Assembly (NCBI RefSeq): GCF_001194135.2 | Contig: NC_068991.1 | Location: 53,552,810 to 53,616,809, forward strand | Length of the DNA stretch: 64,000 nt | Direction: 5' to 3' | Origin: Octopus bimaculoides | Taxonomy: Eukaryota | Part shown: positions 48,346-61,308 of the stretch, one piece after another | Position numbering within the stretch: the first letter of the stretch is position 1 | How the letters are laid out: each line of letters opens with the position of its first letter | Notes under the pieces: model-generated | What the model was told of the DNA's origin: nothing | The model's input: the letters and a program-made list of their open reading frames with translations, nothing else | Databases searched by the model: none | Program-made: the position numbers and the translations under genes

Positions 48346-50470
48346 CTTTTAATTTGCATGTTTGTTACAGTCCCTTGCTGAGACACACCCAACGTCCTAG
48401 GGTGAGTGAAGGATAAGAGATGTTACAGTACAACTGAAAGCTTGGGAAAAGGAAGTGGCAGGGGTAGTAGTGAAATATCTTCATGCTCTAAAAGAACACA
48501 GACATTTAAATAGATAAGTTTTTTTTTTTAAGGATGTGAGTAGTACTTGTTAGTACAATCTTTTGGATTTCTTTGAAGCATGGTTCTCCTGGGATCTTAT
48601 CTAGATGTTTCTGACATCCTTTTTTTATCATACCTGAGGCGCCTACAATAACAGGAACAGTTCTCGCTTTAAAATGCCACATCATTTGTATTTCAATTTC
48701 CCGGCCTTTAATTTGACAACTTCCTTTACAGATATATTTTTATCAGTAGGAACACTTACATGTATTAGTCTACAAGTATTTTCTTCCCCGTCTTTAATAA
48801 TTATATCTGGTCGATTAGCCTGGATAGTTCTGTCAGTGTTGACTGGAAAATCCCAGAGGATAGTAACATTTTTACCTTCAATGACTGGCTCAGGATGATG
48901 TTCATACCAGTAAGCAGGAGTGCTGATTTTGTAATGTTTACATATTTTCCAATGTAAACACTGTCTTACCATATCGTGGAGATTTTTGTATTCGTTTGGT
49001 GACAATACAGGACATCCCGAGACGAGATGGTCTATTGTATCGTCAAATGTGTCACAGAATCTGCATTTAGGGTCAGAACCGTTTTGAAGAACGTTAGCCT
49101 GGTAGTTTTTGGTAAGCAAGCTTTGATTTTGTGCCGCCACTATGAAACCTTCAGTTTCTGCTTTCAGTCCTGAACTTCTCACTGATGGGTTGTTGCTTGG
49201 TCTACATCAACATTTCGACTTCGAAGTATATACTGTCCATGCAGAGGCTTCTGGTTCCACCGCTCCTCAATTTGTTTCTGCCTGTTCTTTTTTGCAGTCT
49301 GCTCGATCCGTTTTGCTTCTTTTTGGCAGTGGTTTCAGGTTCTTCATCTAATTTAGGGTTAATGCCAAGTTCCCTTGTGAATTTGCAAGCTTCCTTGTCA
49401 ATAGAATGTGATTTTTTGCTGCTTTCGTGTTTGTACACAAGCCGCAGCATCCAGTCCTCTGTACTAGACAAGTACCAGTTCGTTGCTATTGTGGAGTTCT
49501 TAAAGCACAGTTCTACCTGCATCATTCTTCTCCCCCCCCCCCATTACTTCTAGGCAGGTACAGACGATCAACGGCTGCTTTTGGGTGGTGCATGTTCTTT
49601 GATGTTAGTAGTTTTCTTGTCTTTTCTGTCCAGGCATTGGAGCTCTGTAAGATTCCAGTTAACGATGTTAAAACTATATAAGACTACTGGAAGTGCCAGG
49701 ATGTAAATGGCTGCGATACGATTTTTGGAGTTGAGTTCAGTTTTTAGTATGAGTCTTATTCTCCTGTAATACTGTTTTCTTATTTTTTCATTTATAGTAG
49801 CATGTTGTGTACCATCTCCTTCGTTTATCCCCAGGTATTTATAACTTTCTTGTGGGTCAAGCTCCTTGATGGTAGCGTCGGTATCTAATTTAATGGAAGC
49901 TGTTTGCCTGAGCTTGCCTCTTACAAAAGTTGCTCTAGCACACTTATTAAAGCCGGAATCCATCCCGATGTCATTGCTGAACTCTTTAACGGTTGTTAGC
50001 AGCCCTACTAGCGCTTCGTCATTTCTAGCAAACAGTTTCAGGTCGTTCATATAAAACAGATGGCTTATTGTCGTAAACCCATATTCAGTTCGTTTGGGAG
50101 TTGGATCAGTGCCATGCAAAAGAGTAATTGGGAGAGGGAGTCACCTTGAAAGATACTTCGTTTGATGTTGATGTTAGATTGGCTCATCCCATTACTATGG
50201 TTTAGGAGGAGACGTGTGTTCCACTTGGCCATGCCTCCTTGTAAGAATTTGGAGACGACAATAGAGATCTCATATATTTCAAGGACCTTGAGTAGCCAAT
50301 TATGTGGGACACCATCAAACGCTTTCCTGTAGTCTGTCCATGTCACACTCAGGTTCTTCTTTTTGCTCCGGCAATTCTCTACAATCATTTTATTTACGAG
50401 TAACTGATCTTTTCACCCATAAGAATTCCTTTCACAACCTTTTTAAGCTTGTGGAAGGATAGACTTCTGT
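48346..50470 (-). mobile_element. 5'-truncated R4/Dong-clade LINE (RT, CCHC knuckle, restriction-like endonuclease) embedded in (TAA)n
   Basis: WTDYRKAFD, IFQGDSLS, LFYMNDLKLFA, YKYLGI, ETEGFIVAAQNQSL, CRFC...TIDHLVSGC, ILWDF, NRPDIII. (ATT)n lies on the left and (AAT)n at 50480-50565 on the right. Confidence 0.95.
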
Positions 50471-50497
50471 TCAAGGAAAATAGTAATAATAATAATA

Positions 50498-50561
<64 letters not shown>

Positions 50562-51783
50562 CAATAATTTCAAATTTCATCTCGTAGTTATATTACAAAG
50601 TGAGGTGAGAATTTGATTTTAAATTCCACCCTGCAGTTTGGATTAAAGAAGATATATTTGATCACTTTGTGTTAATTAGTTAATGGTCAATCAAAAATGA
50701 TGTCGAGAGATCGGGGCAATATTTTCTCCTCAAAGAAAATCTGAAACGAACAGAACCGCAGCCAGGGCAAACAGCAATGCACACGAGGTTTGAAGGCAGT
50801 CTGTTAGCTAACGTGTGAGTGAGTAAGTGAGGGTGGGGGTTGGGTGAAAGGGGGCGGTCTTGACCAAGTGATACGTTTATGAAGGTGGCACTTTTGGACA
50901 TACTGTATATGCCTGTATGGGATGTGGGGGCGAGGTAAGGGCGACAAATCCATGGACTGACTCGGGTGGCACACACTCGAGCTACGCCATTCTTCGAAAG
51001 AAGATATAATAATGATATTGCTGTAGACTTTAATACTTGAGAGTGCATTTTTAGTAACGGTTTCGGCATTACTACCACTACCCACCCCACGTTACCGTCA
51101 CCACCACTGCCAACGTCACCGACAGCGTCACCTCCGTCGCCGCCATCACCATCATTAGTAACACCACCACCAACAACAACGACACTGATGCACATATGTG
51201 CATTTTTAGGGCCACCCTGACCATTTCTGTATATTTATCTCAGACTCACCAACAACATAAGGGACAATTTCCCTTGTCATCTGTATTCAAGTACATACCA
51301 TTCCAGGATCAGACTGCTTTCATACCTATCAACTCACAAAATGTAGGACAAGACTCCTCGAGGAAAACATCATCAACAGCTTTTTTTTTTCATGTAGTAT
51401 TTCATATTGTTTCTTCCTCTAATTGCTGTAGCTACACAGCCCACAACAAATTTATATGTCAATAGATTATCCTTAGATTAACCTTAACACCCTTTATTCC
51501 TATTATTGTCATTATCAGTTTTATGTAAGTGTTACCAGGCAGTTTGAAATTAGTCTGAGCTAGTAGACCTCTGTAATTGTCGTTCCTGATGTTGCAATTT
51601 TAACCATTTTTGTTATTATTTGACCATTTATACCCAAATAATTTCCAAGATTCATTTATATTTTCTATCCTCCTATAAGGGAGAAGGGAAGCAGGGAACT
51701 GAGGTTATAGAAACAACTTTCAATGTCTTCATCGTAGCCATATTGGAATGCTTTCTGAAATTGTTTTGATAACACAATTTTCT

Positions 51784-51970
51784 CTTCAGAAATTAAGCTT
51801 TCTTCCTTTTTCTTAATTAATTATCCCTAGGATTAGCTAAAGGCAACTAATTTTGTGGGCTAATTACAAATCATAAAAAAATGGGTGCAGTCGATCAAGT
51901 CCTTCAGAAATTAAGTTTTCTTCCTTTTTCACAATTAATCATCCCTAAGATTAGCTAAAGGTAACTAAGT
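51784..51970 (+). repeat. Short direct duplication (~66 bp, period ~117)
   Basis: cttcagaaattaag..ttcttccttttt..aattaat.atccct..gattagctaaagg.aactaa occurs at 51784 and 51902. Confidence 0.75.
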
Positions 51971-52490
51971 CGATCAGGCCCTTTCTCGACTACAACCAGA
52001 AGAATAAAACAGTAAGTGACTTGTTTCTACACATCAGTTTTGCGGCCATGCATCCACTTTTCATCAAATTTGCTTGAGTTGAGTTGAGTGAGAGTCTTGT
52101 CCGCAATACTTACAATCGTGTTTACACTAAAAACCCCCACTATATATANNNNNNNNNNNNNNNNNNNNNNNNNNNNNNTTGTCCTCCACACCACCTGACG
52201 ACTAGTGTTGGTGTGTTTATGTCCCATAACATAGCAGCTCGGCCAAAGACACCGATAGAATAAGCACCTAAGGTCGATTCGTTCGACTATAAAATTCTTC
52301 AAGGCGGTGACCCAGCATGACCGCAGTCTAATGACTGAAACAAGTAAAACGTAGAAGATAAAAGGCACCTAAAAGAAATAGTAAGCAACAGTAGTAGCAC
52401 GTGCAATCTAGAATCCTTCATTCAGACGTTAGATCTCTAACTATAGCTGCAAATGAAGCAGCTTTCGTATGACACACAGTTGCACATTTA

Positions 52491-53768
52491 CGAGAGGTGT
52501 TCATCAAAGATTCCCTCTGACCCACTTCCAGTTATTGCAGGAAACGGAACTTGTACGAGTATAATTATACATGTCTCTACATGTCACGTTGTAAATTGCA
52601 GCTTTCCACTAGTAATAGTTTGTCTTTTACGGCTGCTGAAGTGGACTAAGGTGTTATAATGGAGGCAGTTGAATGCAGATCAGTAATCTGGTTCTTATAC
52701 CTGAAAAGTCGTACACCAAAAGAGATTTTCGATGAGATGAAAGAAGTCTATGGTGACGATGCACCATCATAGGACGTAGTCAAACACTAGCATCGCTAGT
52801 TCAAATGTGGTGGGACATCGGTGGAAACTGCTCCTATTCCTGGACGACCACATTCCGCCATTTCCATAAAGTAGAAATAGTCATTTTGGAGGTTAGCCGC
52901 ATAACTATTCGGCAACTAGCCCAAGACGTGAAGATAAGTGAAGGGTCCGTGAAAAAAATAATTCACGACCAATTGTACATGCAGTAGTTGTCTGCACGAT
53001 GGATTCCCCGTTTGCTCACACCTTTTCAGAAGCAGGAACGAGTCAATTGTACTCAGGCTCTTTTGGCAATGAGCCAAAAAAATGAAGAGGACTTTTTCGG
53101 TAGACTTATCACACAGGATGAAATATGGGTCCATTACTATGATCCTGAGATTAAAGTCCAGTCGAAGTAATGGAAGCACGATAACTCACCACCTCCAAAG
53201 AAGGCTCGTGTTCTACCCTCAGCAGGCAAGATGATGCTCACAGTCTTTTGGGATCAATGTGGGGTAGTGATGATGGATTTTCTAGCAAAGCGCACCACAG
53301 TTAACGGGGAATATTATACTTCTCTGCTGCAGAAATTGCGTGACGCCATGAAAGCAGAGGTGCGTGGCATGTTGACCAAAGGAGTCCACCTCTTCCAAGA
53401 CAACGCCCCAATTCACAATGTGTATGTTGCCCAGATGAAAGCACACCCCTGCGGCTATGAAATCCTTCCTAATTCTCTTTACACTCCTAACCTCGCACCA
53501 TCTGATTTCCACCTCTTTCCAATCATGAAGTCTTTTTTGAAGGGAAAGCACTTTTCAGATGATGAACTTATTTCCGAGGTAAAGTCTTGACTCCAGACGT
53601 AACCTACCGACTTCTACAGATGAGGTCTTCACAGCTGCATAAAGCGATAGGAGAAGTGTGTCACTTTTGGTGGTGGCTATGTAGAGAAGGACTTATAATT
53701 AAGCCAAGTTTCGCTTATCCCAGTCCTTGGGAAGGGGGTCAGGGGAAATCTTTAATGAATATCCCTCG
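52491..53768 (+). mobile_element. Full-length (1278 bp) inactivated mariner transposon, irritans-like
   Basis: TIRs CGAGAGGTGTTCATCAAAGATTCC and CGAGGGATATTCATTAAAGATTTC (reverse complement), TA duplication. ATG at 52659 (MEAVECRSVIWFLYL), WIPRLLT, TQDEIWVHYY, QDNAPIH, YTPNLAPSDFHLF. In-frame stops. Confidence 0.95.
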
Positions 53769-53839
53769 TATTAAGTTTTTAAACATCACACTTTAAGTAG
53801 GGAAGCATAAAAAGATAATGTTATGGCATTATTTTGATT

Positions 53840-54150
53840 AACTATAACAGTTTCAAATTTTGGTACAAGGTCAGTAATTTTAGTGCGAGTAGGTTAGTCG
53901 ATTACATCGATCCCAGGGCTCGACTGGTACTTATTTTACCCCCCCCACCCCATGACGGACGGCAAAGTCAATTTCGGCGGAATGTGAACTCAGAATGTTG
54001 TAGAGCCAGAAAAAAATGCCGCTAAGTTAACGATTCTGCCGGCTCGCTGCCTTATTAATGGTAATAATGGTTTCTTATTTTGGTACAAGGCCAGCAACCA
54101 CGGCGGAATTTGAACTCAGAGCATGAAGACGGACGAAATGCCGTTAAGCA
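53840..54150 (-). mobile_element. SINE family B, two copies
   Basis: Reverse complement of the family B consensus. Confidence 0.75.
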
Positions 54151-54419
54151 ATTTGTTGCACTTAAATAGAAAGAAGTGGAGAAAGATTGAGCACTCAATA
54201 AGTAGACTAGTTACGTAACCACACATGGAATCGAAAAGAAATCGAAGAGATCGGTCAAGAAGAACCTGATTGAGTGTTTACTGGAGGATGTCAAGGAAGT
54301 AGAGGTACGCTAAGGGCGAACTAGTGAGCCTGGCTCAAGACAGGAAACGGTTAAAGAACACTACCAGTGGTCAAGGGACAATAACAACAACAACAACAAC
54401 AACAACAACAATAATAATG

Positions 54420-54462
<43 letters not shown>

Positions 54463-55312
54463 TAATAATAATAAGAAAAAACAATGAACATCAGCAGAAA
54501 CAGTGTCACATGAATTGCTTCCAACAGAACAGAAATCAAACATTTGTCGATAACTGTTCAATATTTGACTTTTGTCATAGAAAAATGTAACGGTTAAATA
54601 GCTCAAGTTGATTTCATTGAGGGAGAATTCATGAAAAATTAGTAGAGCCTTATTTTCTGTTTTTAATCNNNNNNNNNNNNNNNNNNNNNNNNNNNNNNNN
54701 NNNNNNNNNNNNNNNNNNNNNNNNNNNNNNNNNNNNNNNNNNNNNNNNNNNNNNNNNNNNNNNNNNNNNNNNNNNNNNNNNNNNNNNNNNNNNNNNNNNN
54801 NNNNNNNNNNNNNNNNNNNNNNNNNNNNNNNNNNNNNNNNNNNNNNNNNNNNNNNNNNNNNNNNNNNNNNNNNNNNNNNNNNNNNNNNNNNNNNNNNNNN
54901 NNNNNNNNNNNNNNNNNNNNNNNNNNNNNNNNNNNNNNNNNNNNNNNNNNNNNNNNNNNNNNNNNNNNNNNNNNNNNNNNNNNNNNNNNNNNNNNNNNNN
55001 NNNNNNNNNNNNNNNNNNNNNNNNNNNNNNNNNNNNNNNNNNNNNNNNNNNNNNNNNNNNNNNNNNNNNNNNNNNNNNNNNNNNNNNNNNNNNNNNNNNN
55101 NNNNNNNNNNNNNNNNNNNNNNNNNNNNNNNNNNNNNNNNNNNNNNNNNNNNNNNNNNNNNNNNNNNNNNNNNNNNNNNNNNNNNNNNNNNNNNNNNNNN
55201 NNNNNNNNNNNNNNNNNNNNNNNNNNNNNNNNNNNNNNNNNNNNNNNNNNNNNNNNNNNNNNNNNNNNNNNNNNNNNNNNNNNNNNNNNNNNNNNNNNNN
55301 NNNNNTTAAGTG

Positions 55313-55505
55313 CAGCGGTTCTCAACCACAACTACCAGGGATGTATACGGCCTTCAAGCAAGCATCCTTCCGGCGAGCCCCGACAGTCTTCCTGCTATAA
55401 ATATGACAAATTCTTCTTTAATTGTTTTACTTTTTTTTGGTTCGGCCCACCAAAAATTCCAGACTTTGGATCTGGTCCGGGTATTTAAAAAGTTGTGAAC
55501 AAATG
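55313..55505. mobile_element. hAT-like non-autonomous remnant
   Basis: Starts CAGCGGTTCTCAACC (hAT/Charlie-type terminus) and ends with a degenerate inverse, agttgtgaacaaatg. Internal cggccc/ggtccgg motifs. Confidence 0.45.
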
Positions 55506-55877
55506 GTTTAGTGACTCAGAATACGAGGAAAACATGAGGAAAATATGAGAACTTTTCCAATTTTTCTTGCGTTGTGGGTTACTGAATAAGAGTAATTTTC
55601 AGCAATGATGAAGAAGATCATACCAAGAGTTGTAAATGTTTTGTTAATAGGTAAATCAATTTGTGGAGTTAAAATATTTTGATGAAAATAATATGTTGAT
55701 GTTTAACCCGAGACATCTTTAATCTTTTATTTGTTTTAGTCATCAGACTGCAGCCATGCCTTGAAGAATCGATCCCAGTACTTATTATTTTCTAAAGCCT
55801 GCTATTTATTCTATTGGTCTTTTTTGTTGGACCGCTAATTTATAGGTGATGCAAACACACCAACGCCGGTTGTCAAG

Positions 55878-56709
55878 CAGTTTCGCAACCATAGGATGAA
55901 TTTGATTAGATAAAATGCTTAAATAGTCTTGACTATTAACTTTGCCACGAAGGGAAACCATTGGGCCGGCGGATTTCCAAGATATAACCCCCCAGATCAT
56001 CATAACAGTTGGAAGAAGGCAGTCTGGGTTAAATGCTTCTTTTGGTTGTCTCCATACGTATACTCAGCCAGTGGTCGGAAATAAGGTAAAGGATGACTCG
56101 TCCAAGAAAATAACATTCTTCCACTGCTCTAAGGACCAATTCTGTAGGTTTTTACTCCACTCTAAATGCTTTGCAACGTTTGTTTTTGAAAGTAGTGGTT
56201 TTCTGACTGCAGCCCTCCCGTGAAATCAGGTTTTGTGCAGTTCCCGGAGAATACTTTTTGTTGAAACTGGGTTCTTGAGGTGGTCATTAAGCTCTGCAAT
56301 GATTTCTAACAATTCGCGTAAGAGTCCGACGGTCCCTATCTGAAAGTTTTGGTTTTCTTCCAGAGTTTTGTTTCGACGAGGAGGTTTTTTCCTCTTTCTG
56401 AAAGGCTGTCATTACTTTTGAGACAGTACTTCTTGATACACCAAACATTTCGGCTGTTTTCGTTACGCTAGCGCCTGCCATACGAGCACCAACAATTTGA
56501 CCTCTTTGAAAGTCCGATAGATCTGTCATTTTAATGAATTTTAATTTCCTCATTCTGATGATATAACAAAAACCCAGCAATTTTAGCAAAACGTATTAAG
56601 CAACACTAATAATAAATCAAAAAGCATAAAAATAAACAAGCTTTTGACGGTTTTATAGATATTTCAAAATTATGATGGTAGGTGTTTCCATTATTTTGTC
56701 CAACCTCTG
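55878..56709 (-). mobile_element. Tc1-like transposon, 5' half
   Basis: Terminus TA|CAGAGGTTGGACAAAATAATGGAAACAC. MTDLSDFQRGQIVGARMAGASVTKTAEMFGVSRSTVSKVM (paired-like HTH), SGRKPKLSDRDRR, MIWGVISW. Truncated against a SINE tail. Confidence 0.9.
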
Positions 56710-56729
56710 TATATATATATATATATATA

Positions 56730-56890
56730 TGACAGGCTTCTTTCAGTCTCAGTGTATCAAGTCCACTCACAAGGCTTTTGTTGGTTAAAGTAAAAAAACA
56801 CTTACTCAAATTACCAAGCAGTGGGACTGAACCTGTAACCGCGCGGTTGGGAAGCAAGCTTCTTACCAACCAGTCACTACTGCACCTATG
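56730..56890 (-). mobile_element. SINE family A head
   Basis: Reverse complement of the tRNA-like head (gtgggactgaacc...aagcaagcttcttacca). Confidence 0.7.
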
Positions 56891-57829
56891 TTTAAAAATA
56901 AAATTAAAATGAACATTACTGGATATGTTAAAACAGTGAAACTAATCTTAAATGATATCTGTTATATTTTTGTCCAAAGGTCAATTCAATAATCAGTTTA
57001 TTATCGTTTTAATAAATTCAGTCCATATAAATATATGTAGTCTTAGAGTATAAGAAATTTCAATTGAAAGTTCAAAAGACGAAGCATTGGATCAGGATAA
57101 GAGTATTTCAATTTCCATTATTGCGGGAGCCACGTCACAACTCTAATACAACCTAAGTCTCGTGTTCTCTCAGACAAAAATAAGTCACTGAATTATGTAT
57201 AAGGCTGAATAATAATGGTATAAAATTCTCTCATTTTCTTTTACTCACTCATTTCTCTTCCCTCTATTTTCTATCCTTTTCCCCTCACATCTCTTCCGCC
57301 GAACTATAACACTTGTTCTTTCCTTTCTCTCGTTGTTTCTTTTTTTTTTTTTTTTAGTTTATTTACGCAATGGCTTTTATTTCAAGTTTTGGTGCACTCA
57401 CTGGCTACATTGTACTGTGCAACTACGATGATGTGTCTTATATATCTTACATAATGTGCATTATATACAAGAGAGTTACTATGTTGTACTCTAACATATT
57501 ATATTACTCCCGGGGCTTACAATAGCAATGACGATTTTTCACACACTAAAAGGAAATTAATATTTGGTTAATTATTATTTATCTGCTTCAGACTGACAAA
57601 CTAATCTTTATTAAATCGTGTCATTGTCTGGCGAAATTGAGGAACGGATTAAACTGTATTGATAATTCTTGCTAGATTTCCTGTTTATGCTCTCTATAGT
57701 TCATTAAGACTTTCATACAGAAATCATTCCAAACTGGTTTTGATTATCAACGGATAATTGTTTTAGAGAGGCATTTACGTTGCATCAGGGCTTTCAGTGT
57801 GGTCACGTGATAATATCAACTTCTAAATC

Positions 57830-57970
57830 AGGCCGTGTGGTTAAGAAGCTAGCTTTGCAGCTACATGGTTTCAAGTTCAGTCTCATTTTCGTGGTACTTT
57901 GGAGAAGTACCCTGGGTTGGTCAATACCCTATGAATAGATTTGAAAAGCAGAAACCGTGGAAACTCGTCG

Positions 57971-58053
<83 letters not shown>

Positions 58054-58056
58054 CTA

Positions 58057-58088
<32 letters not shown>

Positions 58089-58200
58089 GAGGGGTATGTA
58101 TGCATCTCTGCGTTTGTGTATGCCTACACTACCACTTGACAACCAATGTTATTTTGTTTGCCTGTTTCGGCAAAGAGGGCGATAGATTAAGTCCCAGAAA
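57830..58200 (+). mobile_element. Decayed SINE family A with (TATC)n/(TGTC)n middle
   Basis: Head at ~57830, tetranucleotide run at 57971-58085, tail remnant. Confidence 0.6.
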
Positions 58201-58735
58201 AAGTAAAGCGTACGGAGAAAAATAAACGAAAGAAGTTAATGTAATAGTATCATTTTGATAGTTATTTCGAGTGCCCCATGGCTTATGCTGTAACCATGTC
58301 CCTATATAATAAAGACACATGTTGTATATAATAACAAAAGTTCCTATGGGTCTGCCAGGTTACCCTCGTCAGAAGATGACAAATGTATATTTTGTAGCAG
58401 TGTTTATAAATATAAAGGTTTGCAGAGAATAGTATGGGCTAGTAAGGAAATAAGTAGAGAAAAGAAAGGGAACTGAGACAGAGTGGGGAGGTTAAACAGG
58501 AGTTAGTGTAATGAAGACATCAGTTGATGAATACCAGAGACAGATGGGAGATAAAGTTTAATGTAATAACGCCAAGGAAGGCATCAGCAGTAAGAGCCGG
58601 TAGGAAGATAAGAAGATTCTAAAAGAAAACAGATACAAGTCAATAGAATGGTAGAGGAGGTACGGCGCATTGGTAAGAGAGGGGTGGGGAGAGGAAGGAG
58701 TTTGAGAGAATTACAGTCTGTAAAAAGGAGGTTGT

Positions 58736-59118
58736 GGAGGCGCAATGGCCCAGTGGTTAGGGCAGCGGACTCGCGGTCATAGGATCGCGGTTTCGATTCC
58801 CAGACCGGGCGTTGTGAGTGTTTATTGAGCGGAAACACCTAAAAGCTCCAAGAGGCTCCGGCAGGGGATGGTGGCGAACCCTGCTGTACTCTTTCACCAC
58901 AACTTTCTCTCACTCTTACTTCCCGTTTCTGTTGTGCCTGTGATTCAAAGGGTCAGCCTTGTCACACTGTGTCACGCTGAATATCCCCGAGAACTACGTT
59001 AAGGGTACACGTGTCTGTGGAGTGCTCAGCCACTTGCACGTTAATTTCACGAGCAGGCTGTGCCGTTGAACGGATCAATTGGAACCCTCGACGTCGTAAG
59101 CGACGGAGTGCCAACACA
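58736..59118 (+). mobile_element. tRNA-derived SINE family C, CpG-intact
   Basis: A/B boxes, aaaaaggagg duplicated at 58722 and 59122, near-identical to 10015-10384. Confidence 0.9.
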
Positions 59119-60103
59119 CCCAAAAAGGAGGCTAGTTATACTTTAAAAATTATGATTTAAGGCAACAAGAGAAAGTTTTGTAGTACTTATGTTAGCACGC
59201 GAAAATTACGTGAGAGAAGCGATTTAGTCGAGAGCATTCGATGTGGTGTACAATAATGAGTCACTCATGGTAACACAGTTGGCAGGTTCACCTGACCTCT
59301 GTGTAGGAAATTATATCACACACTGTAGACTAGAACAGGTTATAGGCTAAGTCGTCAGCCTTGAGGTGCATATGTCGGTGGCGATGGAGGGTGGATTATT
59401 TCGTGTTGCACCTCGAAAAATAGCTCAGGTGTGCAAATTAACGTCGTTTAAAATAAATCGTACCGCCATTGTAGACTATGGATGTGTGGGTCTGTGGGGG
59501 TTGTGACAATATATTTATGCAAACCGTTATAGCGCACACAATAGTCATTCAATGAGCAATTCCGTGGTGCTTTACAATTGCATGCTTTCTTATTGTAGGT
59601 TAAACGTGGTTTCATTTAAAGCTCATGATAATTATTTCAATTATTAATCTTATAGATGGAACCAGAGGTATGAGCATCACTGTTTGCGAGATGGAGGGGG
59701 TTAGCGTATTTAGGATGAAGAAAGTCAGGTTTATAGTTATTGCAGATAGGTGCACCTAACTTATTACAGTTGGCGGCAATGATATTTTGTCGAGAGTTAT
59801 GTTTATTTACATTGCTAAGTTTGACATTATGATAATTGTATGCTACGTTGTAAGTATTTGTTATTTGACTTAAATATATTCTATTTCTCTTATTTGTATA
59901 ACTATGCTCGGAAATGCAATTAACTAGGGAATGCAATTAAATAAATTTGTACAGAAGACGATGAATTACGAGATTTCAGTACGTCATCAATAGGAAAGTA
60001 TTGTGTCTACACTACACACATATCTGTTCGCTTCTTGATCCTAAACTACTAACCTAATCCATTCGCTCCCTATGGATCTTAGGCCATTGACGACCCTTCT
60101 TCA

Positions 60104-60765
60104 CTATTCTTGACTCAGGGCTGTCTTTTCTGGTTTTCTCCCTTTGGATCTCTTATCTTTCAGCTTTGCTTCCAAATTTTTGTAAGACGTCCTCTCTCCT
60201 ACTTCCCTTGTGAGTTCCAGATCAGGACCTGAAGCATACAACAGGACATTCGTTTCATTAAGGTGTGGCATATCCATCTTCACTTGTGCTTCAGGGTCTT
60301 TTCTTCCGCTGGCACCTACCCCATCCGCACCTTCTGCCAAAGCCCTTCAATTTTGATGTTTCTCTTGGTTGTCAGAAGCTTACTTGTAGTTTACTTTTGA
60401 ATTTTGCTGCACCGCCTCATTCATATGTATCCCTGAAGGAAGGTCTTCCTCTATTAAGTCTTGTTGGTTTTGAACTGCCATCGATGCTTCTCTAACTTTG
60501 CTTTAGATAGAGGTGTTGGCCCTACGCAAACTCATTTTTACCGCTGTGAAAAAGCGGCTCTTATTAGTCTGGCTTCTATCCTTAGACCTGTCAAGCATGG
60601 GAGCCATATCAGGGGTTTGTGCTCTGCTTGCATAACTCTCTGGGTCGTTTAGGCACACAGGCCACTATATTGCAGCAAAGACTGGACCTTGTGTTAATTG
60701 ATTCTTCATTAGTGTCTCACACAATTTTATCCATGATAAATAGATATTTATTGAAGAGTTATTTT
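60104..60765 (-). pseudogene. Decayed reading frame of unknown origin
   Basis: One frame of ~220 codons has only 4 internal stops and no frameshift (WIKLCETLMKNQLTQGPVFAAI*WPVCLNDPESY...KPEKTALSQE). No family recognised. Confidence 0.3.
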
Positions 60766-60904
60766 ACAGAATGTCAAAATAAGATAAATATATGCCGAAA
60801 ATGTGAACTTCAGTAATTTTTTAAATACCTTAAAATGGTAAGAATAGCTAAAATATATTTGACTCTTCTGGTTATTTATAAACATAAGTTACTGACTTCT
60901 CTCA

Positions 60905-61259
60905 TTCTGATTTCAAATTTTGGCACCAGGCCAGCAATCTTGGGAGAGGGCAGAAATCAGTTATACAGACTCCAGCAAGTACCAATTGGCACTTATTTTA
61001 TCGACCCCAAAAGGATAAAAGATAATGTCGGCCTCGGTAGAATTCGAACTCAGAACGTACAGACGGACGAAATGCCGCTAAGCATTTTGCCCGACACGTT
61101 AATGATTCTGCCAGCTCACCGCCTTACTGACCCCTATCATTTTAATTCATCATCAAAATGGGAACTTCCTAAATTACAGCATTGAAATCAAATCAAATGA
61201 AATAATTCTATATATAGCGTATGCAAAACTGACTGTTTGGAAAATATTGTTATTACCCG

Positions 61260-61308
<49 letters not shown>

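Noticed and set aside
51196-51465. 89-aa ORF and nearby GTGAGT donors on the minus strand
   Set aside because: No phase-consistent exon chain, implied introns under 50 nt, and no recognisable motif.
2672-55331. Long ORFs containing X runs or (CV)n, (HT)n, (YI)n, poly-S, poly-L and poly-Y
   Set aside because: They arise from N gaps and microsatellites and have no coding signal.
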